Assembly: GCA_937948815.1 (NCBI GenBank)
Contig: CALFAM010000058.1
Coordinates: 2,174-66,173 of the forward strand
Direction: 5' to 3'
Origin: an uncultured bacterium
GTDB lineage: Bacteria > Acidobacteriota > Thermoanaerobaculia > Multivoradales > J023
Length of the DNA: 64,000 bases
The position numbers and the translations under genes were made by a program. The notes under the pieces are model-generated. The model saw only the letters and a list, made by a program, of their open reading frames with translations. It was not told the DNA's origin and ran no database searches. Shown piece by piece: positions 30,739 to 40,470 of the stretch. The number at the start of each line of letters is the position of its first letter. The first letter of the stretch is position 1.

Positions 30739-30881
30739 CGGTCGCGCACCCAGCAGCGCGCGTTTGCAGGGATGCCTCGTCACGGAGCGTCCCTGTACTG
30801 CATTGCTTCGTGCTGCGCGTTTCGGACGAGAGCAGCGGTGGCCGGCACGGCTGGTTTGAACGGCGATCGCGCGCGCCGGCG

Positions 30882-32102
30882 TTAGCGGTGTGTAGTTGTC
30901 GTCGTTGCAGATACCGGCGCGAGCGGTGCGAGCCTACCGGCGCGTGCGCGGACGGCTTCGGTGTAGAAGCCTTCGACCCGGGCCGCGACGCGGTTCCAGG
31001 TGAGCTCTCGGCATGCGGCCCGCGCGCGGCGACCGAAGTAGCGAACGGCCTTGGGGCGCGCGATCAGGGTGCGACCGAGGGCCATGAACAGATCGGGCCG
31101 GTCGCAGGGCGCCTTGACACCGGTGTCGAGGTGGGCGATGTGGTTGCGCGCGGCCGCGGTATCGAAGGCAACCACAGCCAGCCCGCTCGCCATCGCTTCC
31201 AGCACCACGTTGCCAAAGGTGTCGGTGAGGCTGGGGAAGAGAAAGATGTCCGCGGAGGCAAAGTGCTCGGCGAGTGCGGTGCCGCGTTGGGTGCCGCAAA
31301 AGATGAACCCGGGGTGCTCGCGCCGCAGCGATTCGTAGAGCGGACCATCGCCGACCAGGACGAAGCGTGCACGCGGTACCTCGACCTGCATGCTGTAGAA
31401 CGTGCGGATCGCCAGATCGAGGTTTTTCTCGGCTGCCAGACGGCCGGCGTAGAGCACGACGGGATCGTGTCGGCCCGCTTGCCAGGTGGCGCGCAGGGCC
31501 GGGCTGCGGCGGGCTGGGTCGAAGCGAACCGTGTCGACGCCGCGGCCCATCTCGCCCACGCGGCGAAAGCCGAGCGCCGTGAGACGCTCGGCCGCATCGG
31601 CGCAGGGCGCCAGCGTGCAGTGCGTGCGCTGGTGGAATGCTCGCAAGTAGCGAACCGCCGCGCTGCGCAGGGCTCCCAGGCCGTAGTAGCCGCCATAACG
31701 GTGAAAGTTGGTGTGAAAGCTCGACACCACCGGGATCCTCATGCGTCGCGCCACCCAAGAAGCGGCGACCCCGAGCGGGCCCTCGGTGGCGACGTGGACC
31801 ACGTCGGGTGCGGCCTGCTCGAATCGCTGGGCGACGCGCCGCACGCTCGGGAGACCGAAGCGCAAGCCTGGGTAGCCGGGCAAGGGCAGGCCGGGCACCA
31901 GTAGCGTCGTGTCTTGCCGCGGGCATTCGGCTCGCCCCGTCTCGCCGTCCGGGCGCGCGGGCTGCCCGTCAGAAGCCTGGCGTGGACGAATCAAATCGAC
32001 CACGTGTCCACGGTCCCGCAGCTCATCGGCCAGGCGCGCGAGGGTGAACGCGACACCGTTGACTTCCGGCGGAAACGTCTCCGTCACCAATGCCACACGC
32101 AT
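30882..32102 (-). CDS. Glycosyltransferase family 4 (GT-B fold, Pfam Glycos_transf_1 type)
   Basis: MRVALVTETFPPEVNGVAFTL N-terminus and the C-terminal FLFPSLTDTFGNVVLEAMASGLAVVA EX7E-type motif. Confidence 0.8.
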   Translation of the reverse strand: MRVALVTETFPPEVNGVAFTLARLADELRDRGHVVDLIRPRQASDGQPARPDGETGRAECPRQDTTLLVPGLPLPGYPGLRFGLPSVRRVAQRFEQAAPDVVHVATEGPLGVAASWVARRMRIPVVSSFHTNFHRYGGYYGLGALRSAAVRYLRAFHQRTHCTLAPCADAAERLTALGFRRVGEMGRGVDTVRFDPARRSPALRATWQAGRHDPVVLYAGRLAAEKNLDLAIRTFYSMQVEVPRARFVLVGDGPLYESLRREHPGFIFCGTQRGTALAEHFASADIFLFPSLTDTFGNVVLEAMASGLAVVAFDTAAARNHIAHLDTGVKAPCDRPDLFMALGRTLIARPKAVRYFGRRARAACRELTWNRVAARVEGFYTEAVRARAGRLAPLAPVSATTTTTHR

Positions 32103-32136
32103 GAGCGTTCTCCTCGATCCGGGGCGATAGCTCGCT

Positions 32137-32715
32137 TCACAGGAAGCGGGTGATGTTGGTTGCGAGCACGATGCCGAGCGCGACGCCGGCGGCGACGTCG
32201 GTGGGATAGTGCAGACCGAGCACGACGCGAGACAGCGCGACCAGGACGGTGAAGGGCAGCACCAGCCAGATCAGCGCGGGAGCATGGTGCGCGATCAGCA
32301 TGGTGAAGCTGACCGCATGCATGGTGTGTCCGGACGGAAAGCTGTATCGGTCGAGAGGCTCGATGAGCAGGCGAATGCCAAACCCCGCGTGACAGGGTCG
32401 CGCGCGGGCCGTCAGCTGCTTGACCAGCTTGTAGACCAGCGTCCCGAGCACGGCACTCGCGATCAGCCGCGTGGCGGCAGCGGTCGCCGAGGCCGGATCC
32501 ACCAGCATCACGACGACGAGCATCACCATCCAGAACAAGCCGTTCCCCAGCCAACTCACGAGGCTGAAGAGCGCGGTGATCCAGCGCTGCTCGATCCGGT
32601 TGCATGCAAGGCACAAGTCGGTCTCGAGTTGCTGGAAGCGGCTGAGCGTTGGAGCCATTCGTTCGGGCATCGCAGCCTCCTCGATGCGAGGTTCTTCGAA
32701 GACGTGCCCGTGCAC
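32137..32715 (-). CDS. PAP2-family (type 2 phosphatidic acid / polyprenyl-phosphate) phosphatase
   Basis: All three PAP2 motifs are present: KQLTARARP, PSGHT and SRVVLGLHYPTDV. It is a multi-TM protein and lies 34 nt upstream of the GT4 gene on the same strand. Confidence 0.8.
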   Translation of the reverse strand: MHGHVFEEPRIEEAAMPERMAPTLSRFQQLETDLCLACNRIEQRWITALFSLVSWLGNGLFWMVMLVVVMLVDPASATAAATRLIASAVLGTLVYKLVKQLTARARPCHAGFGIRLLIEPLDRYSFPSGHTMHAVSFTMLIAHHAPALIWLVLPFTVLVALSRVVLGLHYPTDVAAGVALGIVLATNITRFL

Positions 32716-32904
32716 AGTAGGTTGTGCAGATCAAGCAAGCGTGAAGTCTCTGTCGAGGCGCATGAAGGGTCTGTTGAGTTCGGAAAAGGTCCGAGCGTTG
32801 GTCAGGGTGACGCGGCAGCTGGTCGTTCCGACGGTCCATCGCAAGACGACTCCGACCGGCGAGCGAGGGGATGGATGCGGAAAAGCGCGTTACCATCGAC
32901 CGCT

Positions 32905-34293
32905 ATGTCCACCAAGCCAGCTTCTTTCCTCGAGCGGCTCGGCCTGCACCGGCCGGAGCTTCGCGCCTGGGCGCTCTACGACTGGGCCAATTCGGCGTTC
33001 GTTCTGATCGTGATCACCGCGGTCTTCCCGGTTTACTACCGGCAGGTGGCGGCTGCCGGAATCGAAGGAAGCCGGGCCGACTTCTGGTTTGGCGCGGTGA
33101 CCTCGGGAGCGCTGGTGGTGGTCGCGATTCTGGCGCCCATTCTCGGCGCGCTGGGCGACTACCTCGGGCGCCGCAAGCAGATGCTCGCGGCCTTCCTGCT
33201 CGTCGGGGTGGCGGCCACGACGGGGCTGGCCGCGGTCGGTGAGGGCGACTGGACGCTGGCGCTGGGGCTCTTCGCCCTCGGCAACATCGGCGTCGCGACC
33301 AGCTTCGTCTTCTACGATGCGCTCCTTCCGCACGTCGCACGAGGCGAAGAGCTCGATCGGGTGTCGACCGCGGGCTACGCGCTCGGCTACCTCGGCAGCG
33401 GCCTGCTGTTGATCGTCAACCTGGCGGCGATCCAGAAGCCGGAGCTCTTCGGGCTTCCGAGCACGGGCTTCGCGACCCGCCTGAGCTTCGTCACGGTCGC
33501 GGTGTGGTGGGTGGTTTTTGCGATTCCGCTGTTTCGACGTATTCCCGAGCCGCCGCGTCAGGTCGAGGCGGACGAGGCGGCTGGCGACGTCTCCGCGTGG
33601 CAAGCGATCTCCGTCGCGTTCGCTCGCCTGGGCGAGACCTTCCGCGAGCTGCGGACCAGCTACCGTGAGGCTTTCAAGCTACTGGTCGCCGTGCTGATCT
33701 ACAACGACGGCATCGGCACGATCATCCGCATGGCGTCGATCTACGCGGCGAGCCGCAACCTGCCGGAGCTGCACATCATCGCGGCGATCTTGTTGGTGCA
33801 GTTCGTCGGCATTCCCTTCGCCTTTCTGTTCGGCAACCTGGCGGGACGAATCGGTGCCAAGCGCTCGATTCTGCTGACGCTGGTGGTCTACACCGGGATC
33901 GCGATCATCGCGTACCGGATGGAAACGGTGCGCGAGTTCTACATCTTGGCGATCCTCGTGGGCATGGTGCAGGGCGGCGCGCAAGCCCTCAGTCGTTCGC
34001 TTTTCGCGTCGATGATCCCGAAGCACAAGGCGTCGGAGTTCTTCGGCTTCTTCGCGGTCTTCGAGAAGTTCGCCGGCATCCTCGGCCCGGCGCTCTTCAC
34101 CCTGATGATCGCGCTGACGGGCTCGAGCCAGGATGCCATTCTGTCCGTCATAGCCTTCTTCGTCGTCGGTGGCGCCATGCTCTGGTTTGTCGATGTCGAG
34201 GCTGGACGCAAGCTGGCCCGGGAGACGGATGCCCGTCTCTTGGCCGATCCCGAGGCCGGCCATGCGCCGGGGGCCGTCGAAACGTCCTCATGA
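32905..34293 (+). CDS. MFS transporter, UMF1 / Atg22-like family
   Basis: LRAWALYDWANSAFVLIVITAVFPVYY is the characteristic N-terminus, followed by 12 predicted TM segments. The upstream part of the ORF-track ORF (32209-32904) is antisense to the PAP2 gene and is not coding. Confidence 0.85.
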   Translation: MSTKPASFLERLGLHRPELRAWALYDWANSAFVLIVITAVFPVYYRQVAAAGIEGSRADFWFGAVTSGALVVVAILAPILGALGDYLGRRKQMLAAFLLVGVAATTGLAAVGEGDWTLALGLFALGNIGVATSFVFYDALLPHVARGEELDRVSTAGYALGYLGSGLLLIVNLAAIQKPELFGLPSTGFATRLSFVTVAVWWVVFAIPLFRRIPEPPRQVEADEAAGDVSAWQAISVAFARLGETFRELRTSYREAFKLLVAVLIYNDGIGTIIRMASIYAASRNLPELHIIAAILLVQFVGIPFAFLFGNLAGRIGAKRSILLTLVVYTGIAIIAYRMETVREFYILAILVGMVQGGAQALSRSLFASMIPKHKASEFFGFFAVFEKFAGILGPALFTLMIALTGSSQDAILSVIAFFVVGGAMLWFVDVEAGRKLARETDARLLADPEAGHAPGAVETSS

Positions 34294-36239
34294 GCTACGT
34301 TCTCGCCCATGCGTGGGCCGCGGCCCGCCTGGCGCTCTGGATCTACCTCGCGGGGCTGGTGCTCGACCGCTGGTTGTTTTCCAAGGCGAGCCTCGGTCCC
34401 CTGCGGCCGCTGGCCCGGTGGTTGCTGGGTTTCGTCGCCTGGGTGCTCTTCGCATTCGCCCTGGCTGCGGTCGGCCTGCTCACGCCCGTGGCCTTCGAAG
34501 TCGCGGTCTTCGTGGTGCTGGGTGGCGGGGTGGTCGTCCTGCAACGCTGGTTTCGGGATCGCCGTGTCGCGGCCAACCTGCCTTCACCGAGCCCGGCGCG
34601 GCGAACGTGGGTGATCGATCTCGTGGCTGGCGTGCTGGTGGCGGCCGTGCTGCTGCCGGTCTTCTTGTTGGCGGTCGGGCCGACGGTGTCCTGGGACGCC
34701 AACGTCTACCACCTCACCCTGCCGCGGCTGTACCTCGAGGCTGGCGGTTTTCGCGATGTGCCAGTGCTGGTCTACGGCCACTGGCCCCAGGCCACCGAGA
34801 TGCTTTTCACGGTCGCCATGGGGCTCTCGCACTACGTCACGGCCAAGCTTGCTCACTTTGGATTCGGCCTCTTGACCCTTTGGCTTCTCGCGTCTGCCGT
34901 CTGGTGGGCGGCGGCGCGCGAAACGGGGCGCCGAGGGATGACGACGCGCGCTGCAGGCTGGCTCGCGGTAGGCCTCGTGCTGGCCAACGACGTGGTCATC
35001 TACGAGCTGCGGGTGGCCTATGTGGAGCTCGCCCAGGCCTTCGTGATGCTCGCCGCGGTTCTCTTGCTGTCATCCGCCCGCGATGCCGCCAAGGAGCGGG
35101 TCGACCACCGGAACCACCTGATCCTCGCTGGCCTGGCGTGCGGGCTGCTGGCCGGCATCAAGATCACCGGCATTCTGTGGCTTCCCGTGGTCGCGGCGGT
35201 CTATCTCCCGGCCCTGCTCGACCGGCGTGACGATCGAGCCCGCACCGACCCGGCTCGTGTGTCGGTACCCCGATTCGCCCTGTGCTTCGGCGTTCCCGTG
35301 CTCGCCCTCTGGCTACCGTGGCTGGCCAAGGCGTGGTGGTTCACGGGCAACCCGGTCTATCCCATCGCCTGGCAGCATCTGGGTGGGCCGTGGTGGAGCG
35401 AAACGATCGGTGAGCAGTTCGCAGCCTGGCAGCAGAGCATTGGAATGGGGCGCAGCCTGGTCGACTACGCGCTGCTGCCGCTTCGCGTGGTGCTCGCCGG
35501 CGGGCCCGGTTACGACCAATTCGACGGCCGACTGACGCCGCTGTGGCTGATCGCTCTGCCGCTGTCAGCCATCGGCGCGTGGCGGTCTCCCCTGGCCCGC
35601 CGGGCCCTCGCGGTCGCAGCAGGATGCTTCGTCCTCTGGGCGTTCAGCTCGCAGCAGATTCGATTTCTCGTACCCCTCTTGCCGTTGGTCGCGCTGGCAA
35701 CCGGCGTGGGTTTCGCGGTGGTGATCGAACGGCTGTTCCGCGCGCCGCGGTGGCACGGCAGCCTGCGTCCGCTGGTCGCCGGCTCCCTGGCTGCGGCGAC
35801 CCTGCTCGCCGCGCTGGCGGCTCACGGTACGGTCCTCGGCGCGGGCTTGCGCCGTTGGCCGCTCTATCAGCAGCAGTCCGCGGAAGCCCTCTACGCCCGC
35901 GCGGCGCCGCCGATCTACCAGCAGATCGAGGCACTGGCGCCCCATGCTCGCTTGCTGATGATGGGGACCAATCACGGCTTCTTCTGCCAGCGCCCCTACC
36001 TTGCCGATAGCTTCTTCGAGGCCTCCCAGCTCGCCGACTGGCTGCGGGACACGGGGGACGATGTCGATGCGATCGAAAAACGGCTGGCAGCCGAGGGCAT
36101 CACCCATGTCCTGTTGAGCACCCGGCCGACACCCATTCCGTGGCCCCGGTCCCTGGCCCGGCTCTTGGCCGACGGCAACCGCGCCACGCCTGTTTACGCC
36201 GATGCCCAGTTTCGGCTCTTTGCCCTCCGGGAGACTTGA
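34290..36239 (+). CDS. Putative GT-C-fold membrane glycosyltransferase (ArnT/PMT_2-like) with a C-terminal soluble domain
   Basis: Ten or more TM segments. The first extracytoplasmic loop carries an Asp (VSWDANVYHLTLPRLY). The ATG overlaps the MFS stop (ATGA). The family assignment is tentative. Confidence 0.5.
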   Translation: MSYVLAHAWAAARLALWIYLAGLVLDRWLFSKASLGPLRPLARWLLGFVAWVLFAFALAAVGLLTPVAFEVAVFVVLGGGVVVLQRWFRDRRVAANLPSPSPARRTWVIDLVAGVLVAAVLLPVFLLAVGPTVSWDANVYHLTLPRLYLEAGGFRDVPVLVYGHWPQATEMLFTVAMGLSHYVTAKLAHFGFGLLTLWLLASAVWWAAARETGRRGMTTRAAGWLAVGLVLANDVVIYELRVAYVELAQAFVMLAAVLLLSSARDAAKERVDHRNHLILAGLACGLLAGIKITGILWLPVVAAVYLPALLDRRDDRARTDPARVSVPRFALCFGVPVLALWLPWLAKAWWFTGNPVYPIAWQHLGGPWWSETIGEQFAAWQQSIGMGRSLVDYALLPLRVVLAGGPGYDQFDGRLTPLWLIALPLSAIGAWRSPLARRALAVAAGCFVLWAFSSQQIRFLVPLLPLVALATGVGFAVVIERLFRAPRWHGSLRPLVAGSLAAATLLAALAAHGTVLGAGLRRWPLYQQQSAEALYARAAPPIYQQIEALAPHARLLMMGTNHGFFCQRPYLADSFFEASQLADWLRDTGDDVDAIEKRLAAEGITHVLLSTRPTPIPWPRSLARLLADGNRATPVYADAQFRLFALRET

Positions 36240-36245
36240 TCGTCG

Positions 36246-38069
36246 ATGAGTGAAGCAGCGCCTCGAACAGCCAAGCAGCCGGCCGAGCAATCCGCACCAA
36301 GCCTCGACCTCGCGCGCCTCGGGTGGCTACTACCCTGCCTCGCCGTCCTGGCTCTTTGGTCGTACGCCTTCCCTGCGCTCAGCAACTACAACGTGACCTG
36401 GGACGAGGCGCTCGGCGACTTCTTCTTCGGGCAGCGGTACGCCTCGTATTGGACCAGCTTCGACGCGCGCTACCTCGACTTCGAAGCCGACCCCTATCCG
36501 GAAGGGCACCGCCCGGACCTGCGCGCCTCGCCGTTCCGTACCCGGCCTTGGGAGCACTATCCGGTCGGTGGAACCTTGGGGGCCTTCGCGTCTCAGGTGT
36601 TCAGTCGGCTTGGCGGCATGGTCGACTACTTTGACGGCTTCCATGCGTCGAACGTCTTGCTCGGTTCCCTGCTGATCGTGTTCTTTCTACCCTTCCTGCG
36701 ACGCCGCTTCGGCCCGCTGGTTGCCGTCAGTGCCGTGGTCTTGTTGTTTGCCTCGCCACGCGTCTTCGCACACATGATGGCGAACATCAAAGACTTCCCC
36801 CTGATGGTCGTCTACACCCTCGCGCTGCTGGCGTTCTTGGTCGCCTACGAGCGCGGTTCGGTACGCGGCCTGGTGGGGGCTGGGGCGCTATGGGGGGTGT
36901 CGCTTGCCACCAAGGCGAACGGTCTGTTCCTGCCGATGATTCCGGCCGCGGTGGTGGCCATCGACCTGCTTCGCGGCCAGCTACCGGCTGTTTGGCAGCA
37001 ACGCCGCCGCGACCTGGTGCTCGCTTTCGCGGGCGCCGGCGCGGTCGGACCGCTGGTCATGGTCGCGCTCTGGCCGTACCTTTGGGCCGACCCGATCGGC
37101 CGCCTGGGCAAGAACCTGGCCTTCGTGCTCTTCCGGCGCGCCACGACGCGTGAGGAGAGCATGGCGCCGGTCATCGAAGCCATCGTCCTGACCACACCGG
37201 TGCTGATCTTGGTGCTGGCCGCGATCGGCGTGGTGGCGGCCGGGCTTCGCGCCCGCCGCGGCAACCGTGCCGCGATCCTCCTGTTGGTCTGGATCCCGGC
37301 AGTCATGGCGCGGTATCTGGTGCCCTCGGCGGTGAACTACGACGGCGTCCGTCATTTCCTGGAAATCTTCCCGGCGCTGGCGGCCCTGGCCGGGCTCGGT
37401 GTCGCATTCCTGGTCGACGGGGTGACGCGGTTCCTCGGCCCGCGCCTGCACTCCCTCCGCCCCTCCTTGCTCGGCGCCTTGCTGGCCGCACTGCTGCTGC
37501 TGCCGCCCGTGACCGGCCTGCTTCGCACCCACCCCTTCGAGCTCGCCTACTGGAACCGTCTGGCGGGCGGGTTGGCAGGGGCGTACGCTCATGGGTTGCC
37601 GCAGGCCGGTGACTACTGGGGCACGAGCTACCGGCTGGGCATCGAGTGGATGAACGAGAATGCCCCGCCGGGCGCCTTTCTCGCCGTGCCGGTGATCGAG
37701 CATGCGGTGCGCCTGGTTGCACCGGAGCGGCTGCGGCGCGACATCACGGTGGTGCCCTTGACGACGCCGTTTTCTCCGCAGATCGATCCCCGGCGACAGG
37801 CCGCGCTCGACGATCTGGCCCGCAAGCGTCCGGTCTACGTGATGTTCGTCGACCGGCGAGACTGGCTCAATCCGCTGATGATCTTCTCGCTGCGCGAACG
37901 GTCGCCGCTGGTGACCTGGGATCTCGACGAGGTGCCGGTGCTGCGCATCTACAAACACCGGCCGCCGCCCGTGCCAGAGCTCCCCGACAGTGAGCTCCCC
38001 GACAACGGCCCAACCCAGGGTGAGCCGACCGACGCCGGTCCGGCAGATCAGGCTCCGGACGCTTCGTGA
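36246..38069 (+). CDS. Glycosyltransferase family 39/83-like (ArnT/PMT type, GT-C fold)
   Basis: First-loop DE motif (NVTWDEALGDFFFGQRY), many TM segments, KDFPL and ATKANGLFL motifs as in ArnT-like enzymes. Confidence 0.7.
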   Translation: MSEAAPRTAKQPAEQSAPSLDLARLGWLLPCLAVLALWSYAFPALSNYNVTWDEALGDFFFGQRYASYWTSFDARYLDFEADPYPEGHRPDLRASPFRTRPWEHYPVGGTLGAFASQVFSRLGGMVDYFDGFHASNVLLGSLLIVFFLPFLRRRFGPLVAVSAVVLLFASPRVFAHMMANIKDFPLMVVYTLALLAFLVAYERGSVRGLVGAGALWGVSLATKANGLFLPMIPAAVVAIDLLRGQLPAVWQQRRRDLVLAFAGAGAVGPLVMVALWPYLWADPIGRLGKNLAFVLFRRATTREESMAPVIEAIVLTTPVLILVLAAIGVVAAGLRARRGNRAAILLLVWIPAVMARYLVPSAVNYDGVRHFLEIFPALAALAGLGVAFLVDGVTRFLGPRLHSLRPSLLGALLAALLLLPPVTGLLRTHPFELAYWNRLAGGLAGAYAHGLPQAGDYWGTSYRLGIEWMNENAPPGAFLAVPVIEHAVRLVAPERLRRDITVVPLTTPFSPQIDPRRQAALDDLARKRPVYVMFVDRRDWLNPLMIFSLRERSPLVTWDLDEVPVLRIYKHRPPPVPELPDSELPDNGPTQGEPTDAGPADQAPDAS

Positions 38070-40426
38070 GCGAGAAGGAGCGGTCCGCACCCACGTGGCA
38101 GATGACCGCAGCCGTTGCGGTGGTCGCCCTGGTCGTCCTGGTGGCGATCGGGTCGAAGATCCGCGCGGCAGGCCTGAGTTTCTCGAAGTACCCGGTTGCC
38201 GCCGAGATGGTGCTCGACGGCAGCTTGGCGCGCGAGCGCATCATCGACTTCAGCCCGCTCTATCTCGGCTTGCACGTGGCGGCGACGCGCTTCTTGCCGG
38301 CACCCAAGTTCACCATTTCGGTGCTGCAGACGGTGCTTGCGGCGGCCTCGATCGCCCTGCTCTTCGTGATCCTGCGGCGACGGGTCAGCGTCCGGCTGGC
38401 GCTGGTGGGCGCAGCGGGCTTGTTGCTCAACCGCAACCTGCTCGTCCACCAATCCATCCTCGAGCCCGAGATCGTGCTGCTGTTCTTGGTGCTGCTCTTT
38501 CTCGCGCTTGTTGCGCACCCCGGGCGCTGGAACACACTCATGGCCGGCGTGGCGGGTGCCCTGGCGTTGGCGACTCGACCCAATCTTCTGCCGGTGCTGG
38601 CACTGGTACCCGTCGCCTACTTTCTGGCCCAGGCGGCTCGAAAGGCATCGACCCGAGGCGCTGTGCCGGCTTCCGGTGGTGCGAGCGCTTGGCGCGGGGT
38701 GATCGTGCGCAGTGCCTGGTTTGTCTTGCCGATTGCGCTCGCGGTCGGTCTGCTGCTGATGCGCAGCGCGCAGGCGACCGGCGATCCGCTGGCGCCGGCG
38801 ATGAATCCTGGCACGGTCTTTTTCGAGGGAAACAACCCCCTCTCGTTCGGCACCAGCGCGGTCTACCCGCCGGTCGTATCGTTGCTGGCCCAGCAGCCGT
38901 CGCCGGGTCGTGAGCCGGATCGCGCCCACCAGTACTACCGCGACATCGCCCGCGCTTCGGTCGGCGAGCCCTTGTCCGTGGCCGAGGTCAATGGCTACTG
39001 GCGCGATCGAGCCCTGGCCTTCATCCGTGCCGAGCCACTGCGCTGGCTGCGGCTCGAAGTGGGCAAGCTCACGCTCGCGTTCCACAACGCCCGCCTTCAT
39101 GACGTTGCCGCCGCCTGGTTCATCGAGCGCGAGCTCGGCCTGCTGCCGAGCGTGCCTTTCGCCGTGGTGGGCGCGTTGGCCTTGGTCGGTCTGTTGATCG
39201 AGGCACCGCGATGGCGTCAGGCCTTGTTGCTCTATGCGCTGGTCGCCAGTCAGCTGGCCACCATGCTGGTCTTCTATGTCTCCGCCCGCCAACGGATCGT
39301 GCTGCTGCCAGCGGCGCTCTACTTCGCGGTGGTCGCATTGGAGCGCCTGGGACAACCGGAACGCCGGCTCCTGGGTCTGCTGGTTTTCTTGCTCGGCTTG
39401 TGCCTGGTGCTACCCCATCCCGTGCTCGGTGAGCTCGCGCACCAGCGAAGCCGTCGCTACGAGGCCGAGGCACGGGTGCGTGAGCTTCAGGAGGCGATCC
39501 TCCGCGAGCCACCCGCCTGGCATCACGAAGCCGCCGCGGCCTGGCTGGCGGCGCAACCCAATCGCGTGCCGCGCCAGCGTGCGGCGTTCTTGCCCAACGA
39601 AGTAGTCTCGGTGGACGAGCAGATCCTTCGCGCGGTGATCGCGCGCAATGACCTCAGCGCGTCCGGCCGCTTCGACCGGACCATAGCCGAGCGCGCTGCC
39701 GGCCGCCTGGCGGATGCCGAAGCCACACTCGCCGAGCTGGAGGCGGAAGACTTCCATCCCTACCGTTCGGTGATGTCCACCGACCTCGCCACCCATCGTG
39801 CCTGGCTGGCCGCTCTCGCCGGCGATACCGCGGCGGCCGCGCGCCATGTAGACGAAGCCTTGGCGCGCACCCCAGGCGACCCCTATGCCCTCGCCCTGCG
39901 GGTCGCCCAGTGGGGCGACGAGGCGGCCAAGAAAGAGCTCGTTGCCTTTTGGAGCCGTGCCGACGTCGAGCTGCTGCTCGGCCAGTCTTTCCTCGACCTC
40001 GGCAAGCCAGAGCAAGCCCTCGAGCACCTCGCCTGGATCGCCCGTGCGGCGCCCACTTTGCGGGTGGCGCAGGTCGAGCTGGCAGCGACTCTCGGGGCCC
40101 TCGGTCGGCTCGACGAGGGGGCCAGCCTCTACCTCCGTGAGCATGCCCGGTCCGTAGATCCGATCGACCGCGATCCCGAGATCGCCGATCTCTTCCGCGC
40201 CTGGCTGGCTGCTGAACCGACGCCTGAGCGCCACCTCCTCACCGCCCGGGTGCTGCACGCCTTCGGCTACCTGCGCGAAGCCCAGGGGCTCATCGAGCCG
40301 CTCGAGGCCGCGCTCGATCGCCCAGTGCCCGAGCGACTGGCCGGCCTGAGCGGTCCCCTCGCGCGGGACGTTGCGCGCGAAGCCGCCGCCATCCGTCGCG
40401 CCTTGTCTTCGGGTCGTTCGCGCTGA
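38066..40426 (+). CDS. Putative GT-C-fold membrane glycosyltransferase with a C-terminal TPR domain
   Basis: The N-terminal 430 aa is polytopic (IIDFSPLYL first loop; ATRPNLLP). The C-terminal 350 aa contains TPR-like helical repeats. GTG start overlaps the upstream stop (GTGA). Confidence 0.55.
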   Translation: MSEKERSAPTWQMTAAVAVVALVVLVAIGSKIRAAGLSFSKYPVAAEMVLDGSLARERIIDFSPLYLGLHVAATRFLPAPKFTISVLQTVLAAASIALLFVILRRRVSVRLALVGAAGLLLNRNLLVHQSILEPEIVLLFLVLLFLALVAHPGRWNTLMAGVAGALALATRPNLLPVLALVPVAYFLAQAARKASTRGAVPASGGASAWRGVIVRSAWFVLPIALAVGLLLMRSAQATGDPLAPAMNPGTVFFEGNNPLSFGTSAVYPPVVSLLAQQPSPGREPDRAHQYYRDIARASVGEPLSVAEVNGYWRDRALAFIRAEPLRWLRLEVGKLTLAFHNARLHDVAAAWFIERELGLLPSVPFAVVGALALVGLLIEAPRWRQALLLYALVASQLATMLVFYVSARQRIVLLPAALYFAVVALERLGQPERRLLGLLVFLLGLCLVLPHPVLGELAHQRSRRYEAEARVRELQEAILREPPAWHHEAAAAWLAAQPNRVPRQRAAFLPNEVVSVDEQILRAVIARNDLSASGRFDRTIAERAAGRLADAEATLAELEAEDFHPYRSVMSTDLATHRAWLAALAGDTAAAARHVDEALARTPGDPYALALRVAQWGDEAAKKELVAFWSRADVELLLGQSFLDLGKPEQALEHLAWIARAAPTLRVAQVELAATLGALGRLDEGASLYLREHARSVDPIDRDPEIADLFRAWLAAEPTPERHLLTARVLHAFGYLREAQGLIEPLEAALDRPVPERLAGLSGPLARDVAREAAAIRRALSSGRSR

Positions 40427-40470
40427 GGCGCAGGCGACGGGGAGTAGAGCCGGCGCGCGCCGAACGGTCG

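Noticed and set aside
32209-32904. N-terminal extensions in the ORF track: 32209-32904 for the MFS, 52485-52724 for the SGNH-like gene, 56096-56410 for the ECF sigma, 60012-60398 for the kinase, 60623-60826 for the second ECF sigma, and 44287-44505 for the secreted protein.
   Set aside because: Each extension overlaps a well-supported neighbouring gene, or is R/S/P-rich off-frame-like sequence. Internal starts give canonical N-termini, Shine-Dalgarno sites or ATGA/GTGA coupling.
40427-40470. The GC palindrome CGGCGCGCGCCG between the convergent GT-C/TPR and UbiA genes, considered as a bidirectional terminator.
   Set aside because: It has no loop and no flanking T- or A-tracts. It is indistinguishable from chance GC-rich self-complementarity.
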